DNA from: Octopus sinensis
Lineage: Eukaryota
Length of the DNA: 64,000 nucleotides
Direction: 5' to 3'
Assembly (NCBI RefSeq): GCF_006345805.1
Contig: NW_021833807.1
Coordinates: forward strand, 1 to 64,000
Positions 63,453-64,000 of this stretch are shown one piece after another. The first letter of the stretch is position 1. Each line of letters starts with the position of its first letter. The position numbers and the translations under genes are program-made. The notes under the pieces are model-generated. The model saw only the letters and a program-made list of their open reading frames with translations. It was not told the DNA's origin and ran no database searches.

Positions 63453-64000
63453 GTTAAAAATTTATAAAAATAAATAAAAAATAACTAAATAGATATACCT
63501 TACTCCAATTATACCACATTAGTGTTTTTTATGTCTTTTTTTGGATAAAAGTTCATATTATTCACCCACAAAAAACAAACATAACGCATTTTTGACCCGA
63601 CATAACGTTTTATCGATTAACTTGAATTTTTTTTATTTAAAAAAAATTTTAAAATATTAAAAATTATTTTTATCTCTTGGGCCTCTTGCAATAATAGGAG
63701 TGATAACCGGCCTTGTAGCTAGCAATTTTTTGGACTGAAATCGAATAATTTAACTAATACCTGACAATAAGCACATTTTTCAATTATTTTGCTAATCTCT
63801 TCACGAGTTGCACCATATATCTTTCCCTTAAGCATAGAAAACATTTTATCTCTTCCAAAATGTACATAATTGTGTTCACACTAATCATAATTAAATAAAT
63901 TGATACTTCTATATATTTCAGCTTTAACTCTTGTTCTTCTATGCAGAATAATCTGACTTTTTTATTCTTTTGGTATATGTAGGCTATATTTTCCTCAATA

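Noticed and set aside
1-64000. Uni-strand piRNA-cluster-like orientation bias
   Set aside because: TE fragments occur on both strands with only a mild minus excess, and intact host genes are interspersed.

Overview
AT-rich eukaryotic (animal-like) genomic window dominated by nested, mostly decayed transposable elements, with compact host genes carrying very short (~19-30 nt) GT-AG introns. Host genes recognised by manual splicing: Lhx1/5-type LIM-homeobox, MRPS27, SEC20/BNIP1, RPL30, chordin, INCENP, a PDZ protein and a USP fragment. There are also GC-richer decayed relics of THOC6 and an axonemal dynein heavy chain. The micro-introns, developmental genes and ciliary dynein relic suggest a reduced parasitic animal (dicyemid- or myxozoan-like); this assignment is inference only. 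Mobile elements: about 14 CRE-like RLE non-LTR copies (one near full length with an N-terminal PHD finger), R4/Dong-like, RTE and other APE LINEs, Ginger-like integrase transposons with TGT..ACA ends and 5-bp TSDs, hAT, MULE, Tc1/IS630/pogo, Helitron pieces and MITEs. Most notable: a MULE flanked by a ~78-bp target duplication; telomeric (TTAGGG) tracts inside Ginger-like elements; GC-rich micro-intron pseudogene islands; an RTE whose TSD overlaps the MRPS27 start codon; and a CRE insertion capped by an inverted copy of its own RT region. No tRNA, rRNA or CRISPR array found. Many element boundaries are approximate and no database search was run.
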